From positions 5,216 through 69,215 of the forward strand of contig DAONJL010000009.1 of the NCBI GenBank assembly GCA_035405645.1: a DNA stretch of 64,000 nucleotides, written 5' to 3'. Every line of letters begins with the position of its first letter. Position 1 is the stretch's first letter. This DNA comes from a bacterium. Its GTDB lineage: Bacteria; JAGOBX01; DAONJL01. Positions 1 to 9,993 of the stretch are shown here, in pieces. The notes below the pieces were generated by a model. The model had not been told where the DNA came from. It did not search any database and was given only the letters and a program-made list of their open reading frames with translations. The position numbers and the translations under genes are program-made.

Positions 1-1800
1 AAAATACCAGTTGATGTTAATTCTTTCCGCGTCAAAGGTTTAGTAAATGAAAAAAAATACTTTTTTAAATTAGTAGTAAAAAAGACAGATGAATTAGTTA
101 GTGCTGGTGCTGTGGCAAGTGCTGTTCCTCAGGATGTTTTAGCGCCTGAAAAAGTTAAAAAAGTAGAAGCAATTGCAGGGAACGAAAAAGTAATTTTAAA
201 ATGGTTGCCTGTTTCAGATAAAGATATTAAATTTATAAGAATATATAAAGGTGAAAATATTAATGATTTTAAATTATTAACAGAACTCGAACCATCAATA
301 AATTATTTTGAAATACATAACTTACAAAATAAAAAAGAATATTTTTTTAAGATAACTACAATAGATGAAGTGCCAAATGAAAGTTTAGAAGAAATAGTAA
401 ATGCAATTCCACAGGATACAACAGCACCAGAACCAATAACTAATTTGCAAATGATGATTCAATCAGAAAAATTAACATTAAGTTGGACGCCTTCAAAAAA
501 TAGCGAAAAAGATGCTATTGCACAAATTGTAAATTTATATTCTGAAAATACATTATTAAAAACAATTAAATTACCAGTAGAACAATCAACTTATGTTTTT
601 GAAAATTTAAAAAATGATAAATTATATGAAGTTGAAATTTATGTTGTTGATGAAGCAAATAATAAAAGTGAGATTAAAAGAATAAGTGGAAAACCAAACG
701 CTGAACTAACTTTATTTAAAAAATATAGTAGTAATGAAATTCCTTTTGATATAAATCAACATATTAAAAAAATAACTATTTCTTTTAACAATAAATTATT
801 TGCTCAGTTTGATTATAATAACGATGCTATATCTGATTTAATTATTTTATCTGATAATTATGATTTAATTTTTTATGAAGGCCAGGATGAAATAAATTAT
901 TTGAATAAAAGTAAAGAAAAAAATATAGCAGGGCAATCTCGAACAAATTTTATAACTATTGCTGATTTAAATAATGATAATTATAATGATATCATTCTAT
1001 CTACAAGTGGATTCTGGGAAGAACCAATTAAAATTCTATTAAATAATAAAAGTGAGAAATTTGAAGAAAGTGCAAAAGAACTTAATCTCGATATATTAGG
1101 TGAATGTAAATATGCAACTATTCTTGATGTAAATAATGATAATTTGCCTGATATTTATTTCTCATTTGCTGATGATAAAAGATTAAAAGGCACATCAGAA
1201 AACAGATTATTTATTCAAAATGCAAACAACAAATTTATTGATATTTCACAAAATTCACTTACTAATTGTAAATTGAATACTAATTATGCTGTTTCTGCTG
1301 ATTTTAATCTTGATGGATTTGATGATTTATTTATTTCAAATGACAATGGCACAAATATTCTTTATATAAATGGTAAAAATAATGTATTTATTGATAAAAC
1401 AAAAGATTTTGAAATGAATCAAATTGGCGGTATTCCAATTGTGTTTGATTATCAAGATGATGGTGATTATGATTTACTTTTATTTTATCCTGATGATTAT
1501 TCAAAAAATATTTTCTTTGAAAATCAACTTAATACATTTAGATATATAAAAATAGTAATAACTGATAATTATGAAAAATATGTAGGAAGCAAAATAGTAT
1601 TAAAACAAAGTGGCTCTGATAAAATTATTAAAACATTATTTGTTTCTAATTCAAGTTTAATTTATATTCCTAATCTTTTTTCATTTATCTTTGCTATAAA
1701 TAAATCTGATGCTTTATATAATATAGAAGTTTATCCTGTTTCTTCTGAAAAATATTTTTATTCAAATGTAAAAGCAGGTTCTACTATAAAATTATTTTAA
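1..1800 (+). CDS. Secreted/surface repeat protein with fibronectin-III-like N-terminal repeats and FG-GAP/VCBS-like Asp-rich beta-propeller repeats. It is 5'-partial: frame 1 is open from nucleotide 1.
   Basis: Frame 1 has no stop from position 1. Repeated KEYFFK/KKYFFK modules look FN3-like. Recurrent D-x-N-x-D-x-x-D motifs (DLNNDNYNDIIL, DVNNDNLPDIYF, DFNLDGFDDLFI, DYQDDGDYDLLLF) are typical of FG-GAP calcium-binding repeats. Confidence 0.5.
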   Translation, partial: KIPVDVNSFRVKGLVNEKKYFFKLVVKKTDELVSAGAVASAVPQDVLAPEKVKKVEAIAGNEKVILKWLPVSDKDIKFIRIYKGENINDFKLLTELEPSINYFEIHNLQNKKEYFFKITTIDEVPNESLEEIVNAIPQDTTAPEPITNLQMMIQSEKLTLSWTPSKNSEKDAIAQIVNLYSENTLLKTIKLPVEQSTYVFENLKNDKLYEVEIYVVDEANNKSEIKRISGKPNAELTLFKKYSSNEIPFDINQHIKKITISFNNKLFAQFDYNNDAISDLIILSDNYDLIFYEGQDEINYLNKSKEKNIAGQSRTNFITIADLNNDNYNDIILSTSGFWEEPIKILLNNKSEKFEESAKELNLDILGECKYATILDVNNDNLPDIYFSFADDKRLKGTSENRLFIQNANNKFIDISQNSLTNCKLNTNYAVSADFNLDGFDDLFISNDNGTNILYINGKNNVFIDKTKDFEMNQIGGIPIVFDYQDDGDYDLLLFYPDDYSKNIFFENQLNTFRYIKIVITDNYEKYVGSKIVLKQSGSDKIIKTLFVSNSSLIYIPNLFSFIFAINKSDALYNIEVYPVSSEKYFYSNVKAGSTIKLF

Positions 1801-2739
1801 GTGTTTAATAAATTTTTTTAAAGTATTTAGCATTTGTTTACCTAAATAAATTTTATAAGCAGTAACATTTTCTAAGAAAAGTTTAACAAAATTTTCATAT
1901 TTTTTCTCGCCAAAAAGCCAGATTATTGGATGCGTTAAACTAAGTATTTTATAATATAAATCCAGTTGCTTTAATTTTTTTATTCTTGTTTTTTTATTTG
2001 TTATTTTTGGTAAAAATAAATATTTTATTTTTACTTCTTCTTCTTCTGTTTTTATCATTAAATAATTCATATCTTTTATTTTGAATGCTATCTTATAGTT
2101 TTTTATATATTCATTTATTCCTTCTATTTCTGGATTTTTTATCTTTAATAATGTTGGTATTCCTTTACCAACTATTTCATTTTTCTTTTTATATAAAATT
2201 GTTTTATCATCTGTAAAATATTTTGCTTTTTCATTTAATAAATTTAATAATAAAAAAGTTAATGTTGATTTGCCACTACCTGAATTTCCTATTATTAAAA
2301 TGCCTTTATCTTCAAATGAAATTAAAGCTGAATGAAAAAAATATTTTTTTTGTTTAATTAGCCATAAATAAAAAATAGGCTGCAATATAAAATTATCAAA
2401 AAAATGTGCTGCATATTTTTGCGGTTTTTTTATGATTCCAAAAATAATATTTTTTTTTACATCTAAATAAACAATAAAATTTTTATTATAAAAATTAAAT
2501 ACAAATTTTGTTTTTGTAATATGGTAAAGTATCTCAGTTTTGCTTAAATATGTTTTTTTTCTTTGATTATCTAATTTATTTATCTTAAAAAAATTTTTGT
2601 TATTATTATTAAATAAAAAAACAGATAATTTGGGTAATGAAAAATTACTAATTAATTTTGCGAATTCAATTATACCATTAAAAATATTTTGATTATCAGA
2701 ATAAATTTTTATTTTATCATTTTCAAATTTTAAAAGCAT
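1792..2739 (-). CDS. HPr kinase/phosphorylase C-terminal-domain-like P-loop protein
   Basis: HSALISFEDKGILIIGNSGSGKSTLTFLL resembles the HprK Walker-A region (H..L....G.LI.G.SG.GKS). Transcribed divergently from the hyd operon. Confidence 0.45.
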   Translation of the reverse strand: MLLKFENDKIKIYSDNQNIFNGIIEFAKLISNFSLPKLSVFLFNNNNKNFFKINKLDNQRKKTYLSKTEILYHITKTKFVFNFYNKNFIVYLDVKKNIIFGIIKKPQKYAAHFFDNFILQPIFYLWLIKQKKYFFHSALISFEDKGILIIGNSGSGKSTLTFLLLNLLNEKAKYFTDDKTILYKKKNEIVGKGIPTLLKIKNPEIEGINEYIKNYKIAFKIKDMNYLMIKTEEEEVKIKYLFLPKITNKKTRIKKLKQLDLYYKILSLTHPIIWLFGEKKYENFVKLFLENVTAYKIYLGKQMLNTLKKFIKHLK

Positions 2740-2923
2740 TTGAGTTTTATTTAAATTATTTAAAAAATTAGGTCAAGAAAATTTTAGTATTTTGATAATA
2801 GATAAAATACAATATGAATTATTTTATAGAATGTGAGTTTAGCATCATTAATAAAGAATTCTAAAATTTTTTTAAAAAAATATTTGACAAAAAAAGTAAT
2901 ATAATTTAAATACGAAAGTCAAT

Positions 2924-2997
2924 TTACCTGCGGTTGAGGAATAATGTTCTAAAACCAAGGGCGATAAATTTTCATATTCCCTTCTTGCAGGTCAAAT
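2924..2997 (+). promoter_or_regulatory. Candidate structured 5' leader (nested hairpins) upstream of the hydrogenase-maturase operon
   Basis: ACCTGCGG (2924-2931) can pair with TTGCAGGT (2987-2994). An inner AAGGG/CCCTT stem lies between them. These are GC-rich islands in an otherwise ~25 % GC spacer, and a TTGACA hexamer sits at 2884-2889. Confidence 0.25.
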
Positions 2998-3024
2998 TTT
3001 AAAAATAAAATAAGGATAATAAAG

Positions 3025-3273
3025 ATGGAAAAAAGAATTGGTTTTATTGGAATAATTCTATATAACCGCAAAAAAACAGCACCATTAGTTAATAATATTT
3101 TAACAGAATATGGTGATTTAATTCTTGGTAGAATGGGCTTACCATCAGTAAAAAAAAATGTTAGTGTTATTGTTCTTATTGTAAATGCTAATACAGATGA
3201 AATCGGCGCTTTAACAGGTAAATTAGGAAAAATAGATGGCGTGAGTGTTAAGGCTGCTTTAAGTAAAATTTAA
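3025..3273 (+). CDS. Small ACT-like putative [FeFe]-hydrogenase system regulator (TM1266-like)
   Basis: 82-aa protein immediately upstream of hydG-hydE-hydF. The size and this position match the TM1266-like family. Confidence 0.5.
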   Translation: MEKRIGFIGIILYNRKKTAPLVNNILTEYGDLILGRMGLPSVKKNVSVIVLIVNANTDEIGALTGKLGKIDGVSVKAALSKI

Positions 3274-3278
3274 TTTTT

Positions 3279-4658
3279 ATGCTTTATATAAATGAAGAAA
3301 AAATATTTGATTTATTGAATAGAAAAAAAAATGCTAATGAGAGTGAAATTCATTCAATATTAGAAAAAGCAAAAAATCTTCAGCGCCTTTCTTTAGAAGA
3401 AACTGCTGTTTTATTAAATGTAAATAATACTGAGATATTAGAAAAAATTTACCAAACAGCAAATTATGTAAAAAATAAAATATATGGAAAAAGAGTAGTT
3501 TTATTTGCACCTTTGTATATCAGTAATTACTGCAAAAATAATTGTTTGTATTGTGGTTTCAAAGCAGAAAATAAATTAATAAAACGAAAAGCATTAACAA
3601 AATTAGAAATTCAACAGGAAACAGAAATATTATTAAAACAAGGGCATAAAAGAATTTTAATGGTTTGTGGTGAAGATGCACCTAATGGCTTAAATTCAAT
3701 TGATTATTATGTAGAAGCAATAAAAACAATTTATGAAGCAGAAGTAAATAAAAATAAAATAAAACGAGTAAATATAAATTGCGCACCTTTATCTGTAGAT
3801 GAATTTAAAAAATTAAAAAAAGCAAGTATTGGCACATATCAATTATTTCAAGAAACATATCATCAAGAAACATATAAAAAAATGCATTTAGCAGGGAAAA
3901 AATCAGACCCTGATAATAGAATAGATGCAATAGATCGTGCTTTTCTTGCTGGTATTGATGATGTTGGGCTTGGTGTGTTATTCGGTTTGTATGATTACAA
4001 ATTTGAAGTGCTTGGCTTACTTTCACATATCGAACATTTAGAGCAAAGATTTAATGTTGGACCACATACAATATCTGTTCCAAGAATAGAACCAGCAGAA
4101 GGTGCTGAGATTTCTTTTAATCCACCTTATAAACTATCTGATGATGATTTTAAAAAAGTTGTTGCTATTTTAAGATTAGCTGTTCCATATACTGGTATAA
4201 TTTTATCAACTCGTGAATCCCCACAAATGCGTGATTTACTATTACATTTAGGTGTCTCACAAATTAGTGCTGGTTCGAAAACTTCGCCTGGTGGTTATTC
4301 AAAAGATTCTTTTACTGCACAATTTTCTATTGGTGATTATCGTTCTTTAAATGAAATTGTATCAACTTTAATTAAATATAATTATATTCCAAGTTTTTGT
4401 GCTGCTTGTTATAGAAAAAAACGAACTGGTGAAATATTTATGAGTTTAGCAAAACCAGGAACAATAAAAGATAAATGCACTATAAATGCCTTAATTACAT
4501 TAAAAGAATTTTTACTCGATTTTGCTGAATCTGAATTAATTATTGAAGCAAATAAATTAATTGATTTTTACTCACAAAAATTGACAAAACCTGAACAAGA
4601 TTTATTAAATAAAATTTTTTTAAGATTAGAACAAGGCTATCGAGATGAATACATCTGA
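3279..4658 (+). CDS. hydG: [FeFe]-hydrogenase maturase HydG (radical SAM tyrosine lyase)
   Basis: Radical SAM CNNCLYCGF (CX3CX2C) near the N-terminus. C-terminal auxiliary-cluster motif CAACY...(22 aa)...C is exactly CX2CX22C. 459 aa. Followed by hydE and hydF. Confidence 0.8.
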   Translation: MLYINEEKIFDLLNRKKNANESEIHSILEKAKNLQRLSLEETAVLLNVNNTEILEKIYQTANYVKNKIYGKRVVLFAPLYISNYCKNNCLYCGFKAENKLIKRKALTKLEIQQETEILLKQGHKRILMVCGEDAPNGLNSIDYYVEAIKTIYEAEVNKNKIKRVNINCAPLSVDEFKKLKKASIGTYQLFQETYHQETYKKMHLAGKKSDPDNRIDAIDRAFLAGIDDVGLGVLFGLYDYKFEVLGLLSHIEHLEQRFNVGPHTISVPRIEPAEGAEISFNPPYKLSDDDFKKVVAILRLAVPYTGIILSTRESPQMRDLLLHLGVSQISAGSKTSPGGYSKDSFTAQFSIGDYRSLNEIVSTLIKYNYIPSFCAACYRKKRTGEIFMSLAKPGTIKDKCTINALITLKEFLLDFAESELIIEANKLIDFYSQKLTKPEQDLLNKIFLRLEQGYRDEYI

Positions 4659-5724
4659 ATTAAAATATTTGTTAAATAAAATATATAATGATGATTTACC
4701 AGAACTTAATGATTTAATTACAATTCTAAAAATAAATGATTCATATTTATTGCAAATACTTTTTGAATTTGCAAATGATATTAAAAAAAAATTTTTTAAT
4801 AACGAAATTCTTATCAGGGGAGTAATTGAATTTTCTAATTATTGTTCCAAAGATTGTTTTTACTGCGGTCTTAATAAGAATAATCAATCTTTAAAACGAT
4901 ATATACTATCTGATACTGAAATTTTAAATACTACAAATCTATTATTTGAAAAAAAAATAAAAACCGTTGTTTTACAATCAGGTGAAATTTATTCTTTTAA
5001 TTCTGATTGGTTAGCCAATATAATTAGAGAAATAAAAAAAAATTTTGATATTGCGATTACTCTGTCAGTAGGTGAAAAAAAATATGAAGATTATAAAAAG
5101 TGGCGAATAACAGGTGCTGATAGATATTTACTTAAAATTGAAACAACTAATCAAAAATTATATGATAAACTTCATACTATATCAAATTATATGAATAGAT
5201 TAAATTGTTTGCAATATTTAAAAGAATTAAATTATCAGACTGGTTCAGGCAATATTATTGGCTTACCAGAACAAACAATTGAAAGCATAGCAAATGATAT
5301 TTTATTTTTTAAAAAAGAAAATTTTGATATGATAGCAATTGGTCCTTTTATACCGCATCCTTTAACAAAATTAGCAAATAAAAAAAAAGGTGATATTTTG
5401 CTTACTTTAAAAACAATTGCATTAACAAGAATAGTAACAAAAAATGCGCATATACCTGCGACAACTGCATTATCTACATTTGATAAAGATTATCGTGCTG
5501 ATGCAATAAATTGCGGTGCAAATGTAATTATGATAAAATGCACACCAGCGCCTTATAATAATTATTATGAAATATATAAATCAGATAAAAGAAAAATGTT
5601 ATCAATTGAAGAGAAAATAGCAGAAGTAGAAAAAATAGCAGAAGAAACAGGCAATGAAATATCATTTAAAAAAGGTGATTCATTAAAGAAAGAGAGTGAA
5701 TTATATGTTTCGCACACCAGTTAG
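4645..5724 (+). CDS. hydE: [FeFe]-hydrogenase maturase HydE (radical SAM)
   Basis: CSKDCFYCGL CX3CX2C motif, 359 aa, BioB-like fold. Sits between hydG and hydF. 14-nt overlap with hydG. Confidence 0.75.
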   Translation: MNTSELKYLLNKIYNDDLPELNDLITILKINDSYLLQILFEFANDIKKKFFNNEILIRGVIEFSNYCSKDCFYCGLNKNNQSLKRYILSDTEILNTTNLLFEKKIKTVVLQSGEIYSFNSDWLANIIREIKKNFDIAITLSVGEKKYEDYKKWRITGADRYLLKIETTNQKLYDKLHTISNYMNRLNCLQYLKELNYQTGSGNIIGLPEQTIESIANDILFFKKENFDMIAIGPFIPHPLTKLANKKKGDILLTLKTIALTRIVTKNAHIPATTALSTFDKDYRADAINCGANVIMIKCTPAPYNNYYEIYKSDKRKMLSIEEKIAEVEKIAEETGNEISFKKGDSLKKESELYVSHTS

Positions 5725-6919
5725 TAATAGATTACATATTGGCTTTTTTGGTAAAAGAAATACAGGTAAATCAAGTTTAATAAATGCAATAACAAATCAA
5801 GAAATTGCTATTGTTTCTGATATACCAGGGACGACAACTGATCCGGTTTATAAATCAATGGAAATTTTACCAATCGGTCCTGTTGTTTTAATTGATACTG
5901 CTGGAATTGATGATGAAGGTGTATTAGGTGAAGAACGAATAAAAAAAACATTAAAAGTTTTACGAAAAGTAGATATTTCTCTTATCATTGTTGAACCTGA
6001 TACACAAATAAATGAATATGAAGAAGAACTAATAAAATTATTTAACGAAAAAAAAATACCATATATATTTGTTTTAAATAAATGTGAAATAAAAGGAAAT
6101 TTAGCGCGTGAATATTTCAATAAGAAAAAAATAGAATATTTAGAAATTAGTGCAAAAGAAAAAATAGGAATTGAAAAATTAAAGAATGAAATAATAAAAA
6201 TAGCGCCTATTGCATGGTCACCTTTACCATTAGTTGCTGATTTAATAAATGAAAAAGATATAGTTATATTAGTTTGTCCAATTGATAGTGCTATGCCACA
6301 GGGAAGACTGATTTTACCGCAGGTTCAAGTATTACGCGATATTTTAGATACTAATGCTATTGCTTATGTTGTTAAAGAAACAGAATTACAGGATTGTCTA
6401 AATTTATTAAAAACAAAACCAAAATTAATAATTACTGATTCACAAGTATTTGAATATGTCAAAAAAATAATACCAGAAGATTATTTACTTACTTCTTTTT
6501 CAATTGTATTTGCAAGGCATAAAGGTGATTTATTAACTTTAATAAATGGTGTTTTTACAATTGATAAATTAAATGATGGTGATGAAGTTTTAATTGCTGA
6601 AGCATGTACTCATCATATTCAACCAGAGGATATTGGCAGAGTAAAAATTCCAAATTGGCTAAATAATTATACAGGTAAAAAAATTAAATATACATTTGTT
6701 AGTGGCGGCGATTTTCCAGATGACATAGGAAAATATAAATTAATAATAATATGCGGTGGCTGCATGGTAAACAGAAAAGAGATAATGTTTAGAATTGAAA
6801 AAGCAAAATCAAATAATATACCAATAACAAATTATGGTGTGCTTATTGCCTATTTAAATGGTATTTTAGAAAGAGCAATAAAACCATTTAAGTTTCAAAT
6901 AAATAATATTATGTTTTAA
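5705..6919 (+). CDS. hydF: [FeFe]-hydrogenase maturase GTPase HydF
   Basis: N-terminal GTPase G1 motif GKRNTGKSSLINAI and DxxG. C-terminal FeS ligands EACTHH...CGGCMVN (CxH...HCxxC). Start moved to the ATG giving MFRTPVSNRLHIGFFGKRNTGKS. Overlaps hydE by 20 nt. Confidence 0.8.
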   Translation: MFRTPVSNRLHIGFFGKRNTGKSSLINAITNQEIAIVSDIPGTTTDPVYKSMEILPIGPVVLIDTAGIDDEGVLGEERIKKTLKVLRKVDISLIIVEPDTQINEYEEELIKLFNEKKIPYIFVLNKCEIKGNLAREYFNKKKIEYLEISAKEKIGIEKLKNEIIKIAPIAWSPLPLVADLINEKDIVILVCPIDSAMPQGRLILPQVQVLRDILDTNAIAYVVKETELQDCLNLLKTKPKLIITDSQVFEYVKKIIPEDYLLTSFSIVFARHKGDLLTLINGVFTIDKLNDGDEVLIAEACTHHIQPEDIGRVKIPNWLNNYTGKKIKYTFVSGGDFPDDIGKYKLIIICGGCMVNRKEIMFRIEKAKSNNIPITNYGVLIAYLNGILERAIKPFKFQINNIMF

Positions 6920-6978
6920 ATATTTTTTTATTTTTATTATTTGACATTATTTATTTATTTCTATTATTATTTTTTCCT

Positions 6979-8091
6979 ATGTTAAAAAAATTTTTTCTAA
7001 GATTTTTTTTAGTTTTTATTTCAATAGTTGTTTCACTAATAATAGTAGAATATTCATTAAAAAAATATCTATCATTAAAAGCAATTAAAGAATTTGAAAA
7101 TTTTAAAAAAGTTCATAAAAATTTAATAGATGAAGCACCATATCCAGATAATTCTCCAATCGGTGAACTTTCATATTTCTGGGATCCATATATTGGTTTT
7201 AGATTTAAACCAGATCAAAAAACATTAAATAGAACAATTGATAATTATGGTTTTCACAATGATAAAGTGTATTCAAAAGAGAAACCAGAAAATATAATAC
7301 GAATTATGTTATTAGGTGGTTCAGTAGCAGAAGGTAGAGCCGATAGTGAAACTATAACACATTATCTTGAAAATAATTTTAAAAAAATAAAACCAAATAT
7401 TGAAGTTATAAATTGTGGTATAACTGGAATGATGAGTACACAGGAGCGTATTCTTTTTATTAATGAAGTTTTGGATTTTAAACCAGATATTGTTTTATTT
7501 CTTGATGGAGTTAATGAATTTACTCCACTTAGATATAATCTAAAACCTGGTGAATATTTTTATTGGTTTATTGGTCAATATGGAATTAGTGGTGGTCAAC
7601 CTTTTTCTATTCTTTTTAAAAATTTTTTAATAAAAATAAAATTAAAACTTATTGAAAGTAGTGTTATTTTTAGAATCTTTTTTCAATTGCTTGGTGATGA
7701 TACTCAATTTTCAGGTAAAAATATTAAAGATGATGATATTAATAAAGCAGTTGAGATTTACTTAAAAAATGTTGATATTATTCGTTTAATTGCTACAGCA
7801 AAAAATATTAAAACCTTATTTTTTATACAACCTATTTTATTTGATAAAAAATTTTTTTCACTTGAAGAAAAATATATAATTGATAAAATGCCATCAAGAG
7901 TAAAATATCTTTATATTAGTGGTTATGAAAAATTAAAAAAAATATCCAAAGAAAAAAATTTAATTTTATTAACTGATATTTTTGATAATGAAAAAAAACA
8001 AATATTTATTGATTTTTGTCATTTAAAACCAAAAGGCAACGAAATTGTTTCCTTAAAAATGATGGACGAAATTTTAAAATTAATTAAGTAA
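6979..8091 (+). CDS. Membrane-anchored SGNH/GDSL-family hydrolase
   Basis: N-terminal TM helix. IMLLGGSVAEGR is a GDS-like block. C-terminal DFCHLKPKG is a D-x-x-H catalytic dyad. Confidence 0.45.
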   Translation: MLKKFFLRFFLVFISIVVSLIIVEYSLKKYLSLKAIKEFENFKKVHKNLIDEAPYPDNSPIGELSYFWDPYIGFRFKPDQKTLNRTIDNYGFHNDKVYSKEKPENIIRIMLLGGSVAEGRADSETITHYLENNFKKIKPNIEVINCGITGMMSTQERILFINEVLDFKPDIVLFLDGVNEFTPLRYNLKPGEYFYWFIGQYGISGGQPFSILFKNFLIKIKLKLIESSVIFRIFFQLLGDDTQFSGKNIKDDDINKAVEIYLKNVDIIRLIATAKNIKTLFFIQPILFDKKFFSLEEKYIIDKMPSRVKYLYISGYEKLKKISKEKNLILLTDIFDNEKKQIFIDFCHLKPKGNEIVSLKMMDEILKLIK

Positions 8092-8159
8092 ATTTTATAC
8101 AGTCTTATTGCCTATCTATTTTTATTGACTATTTTTATTTTTATTTTTATTATTACATT

Positions 8160-9398
8160 ATGCAAAATACAATAATACCTTTTTCTTTATCTGAGTTTGA
8201 AAATTTCTTTATAAAATTTTTTTCTAATATTATTGAGAATATTTCCATTTTAAGTTTTGGTGAAACATTACATAGTTCAGAAGAAATATTTGAAATAAGA
8301 AATAAAATTTTTAAAATACTTGTTGAAAAATATGGTTTTTCTGCAATTGCAATTGAAAGCAGTTTTCCACATTCAAAAATAATTAATGATTATATAAATA
8401 ACCAATCTTTAGTTACTTATCAAGAAATAATGGATATAGGAATCAATAATGGCTTTGGTAGATTTAAAGCAAATGAAGATTTATTAAATTGGCTGAAAGA
8501 ATATAATTCAAAACCAGAAAATAAAAGAAAAATATATTTTTATGGTTGCGATATTCCAGGTAAAAATTATGGTCCTGCTGCTCCTCATTTCCTTATAAAT
8601 TTAATTTTGGATTATTTTAAAAAATATGATGAACAAATTTATAATAAATATAAAAATAAAATATATGATTTACTTAATTCAGAAGAAGTATGGGAATCTT
8701 ATGAAGCATTAACAAATCCTTCAAAAGCGTATGGTTTTACTGATAATGCTTTAAAGTTAAAGGTAGAAATCAATAATATTTTAATTGAACTTAAACGAAA
8801 TAAATTTGAATATATAAAAAAAAGCGGAAAATTCTTATATGATGAAATTTTACATTTAGCAATAATAACAAATGAACATTTGAATTATCACACAGCAATT
8901 GCACAGGCAGCAGGTTATGAATTTTTACTTGCTTATCGTGATTTTTTAATTTCAGAAAATATTAAATATATTTTTAATAAGGAACACGAACGAACAAAAG
9001 GAAAATTATTTATTTTTATGCATAATGCGCATATTCAAAAAGGTAAAGTTTTTATGCCAATTAGTTCAACTAATTGTGAATGGTGGCCTGCTGGTTCTTA
9101 TATAAATGAAAAATTTAACGAACAATATCTTTCGATAGGTTCTGCTATTGGTTTATGTGATGAATATGTGCCTGATATTCCAGATGATAATACTTATGAA
9201 AAATATTTTTTAAATTTGAATTTACCATTTTTTGCTTTCCAAACAAAAAAATTAAAAGAAAAATTAGATTTAACGCAATTTAAAGTTCGAGCGTTTTCAG
9301 CAAAAAATCCATCATATAAACCATTATCTTCACAATCTTTTTCTGATTTTGATTTTATTTTTTTTATAAATAAAATAACACCAGCAAAAAAAATATAA
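8160..9398 (+). CDS. Erythromycin-esterase (Ere/ChaN) family protein
   Basis: FGETLHSSEE matches the Ere N-terminal GE(A)THG motif. FMHNAHIQKG matches the C-terminal AHNxH block. Confidence 0.5.
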   Translation: MQNTIIPFSLSEFENFFIKFFSNIIENISILSFGETLHSSEEIFEIRNKIFKILVEKYGFSAIAIESSFPHSKIINDYINNQSLVTYQEIMDIGINNGFGRFKANEDLLNWLKEYNSKPENKRKIYFYGCDIPGKNYGPAAPHFLINLILDYFKKYDEQIYNKYKNKIYDLLNSEEVWESYEALTNPSKAYGFTDNALKLKVEINNILIELKRNKFEYIKKSGKFLYDEILHLAIITNEHLNYHTAIAQAAGYEFLLAYRDFLISENIKYIFNKEHERTKGKLFIFMHNAHIQKGKVFMPISSTNCEWWPAGSYINEKFNEQYLSIGSAIGLCDEYVPDIPDDNTYEKYFLNLNLPFFAFQTKKLKEKLDLTQFKVRAFSAKNPSYKPLSSQSFSDFDFIFFINKITPAKKI

Positions 9399-9411
9399 AA
9401 GGAGGAAAAAA

Positions 9412-9915
9412 ATGGCTAAAAAAAAGAAAAGTGAAAAAGATTTTTTAAAAGACGCAACACCAGAAGATTTAGCAATGGTAGAGTATATTAAGAAACATTC
9501 TTATATTGATGATTTTGATTTGCCAATAAAATTATCAATAAATGAATTTGACAGGTATGTTAAAATTTTATATGAACAAAAAAGCGATATAAAAGAAATT
9601 GAAAAAGCAATTATGGTATTAGCCCATTTAGATGAACGCGATAAAGCAAGAGAAATATTTGAAGATATAAAAAAATATAATGTTATAAAAGATGAGAGAT
9701 TAAAGATCTGGATTGATATGGCAATAGATGAATTAAAGGAAGATATCAGTATAGGAGACAGAGGTGGTAAAGTAAAAATAATTTCAATTAAAGTTCCAGA
9801 ATCACTCAAATATAATCCAGAATTTTTTTTGGATTATTTAAAAGAAAAAGTAAAAGAAAAAAAACAAAAAAATAAAAAGAAGAAAAAAGGAGATAAAGGT
9901 AGAAGTTGGATTTAA
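9412..9915 (+). CDS. Hypothetical Lys-rich protein
   Basis: Perfect SD AAGGAGG sits 7 nt upstream of ATG. Poly-K C-terminus. No recognisable domain. Confidence 0.4.
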   Translation: MAKKKKSEKDFLKDATPEDLAMVEYIKKHSYIDDFDLPIKLSINEFDRYVKILYEQKSDIKEIEKAIMVLAHLDERDKAREIFEDIKKYNVIKDERLKIWIDMAIDELKEDISIGDRGGKVKIISIKVPESLKYNPEFFLDYLKEKVKEKKQKNKKKKKGDKGRSWI

Positions 9916-9993
9916 CTCAACTTTTTATTTTATTTTTTTAGTCATAATAATCTTTTTTGATTAATTTCTCTTTATAAAAAATACATATTATTT

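Noticed and set aside
1580-1800. Possible T9SS C-terminal sorting domain at the end of the FN3/FG-GAP protein
   Set aside because: The last ~80 aa do not match the T9SS CTD pattern convincingly, and no T9SS components are in the window.
2884-2905. TTGACA at 2884 as the -35 of the hyd operon promoter
   Set aside because: The nearest TATAAT (2900-2905) is only 10 nt away and no good -10 lies at 16-18 nt, so the promoter cannot be placed confidently by eye.
3805-4026. Antisense ORFs inside hydG, hydF and other genes (e.g. 3805-4026, 5848-6120, 9501-9809, 12041-12298, 18091-18494, 20247-20846 and similar short ORFs in the track)
   Set aside because: They lie entirely within well-supported genes on the opposite strand. 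Their translations are low-complexity and Leu/Phe/Ile-rich, as expected from the AT-rich antisense. They have no motifs and no RBS.
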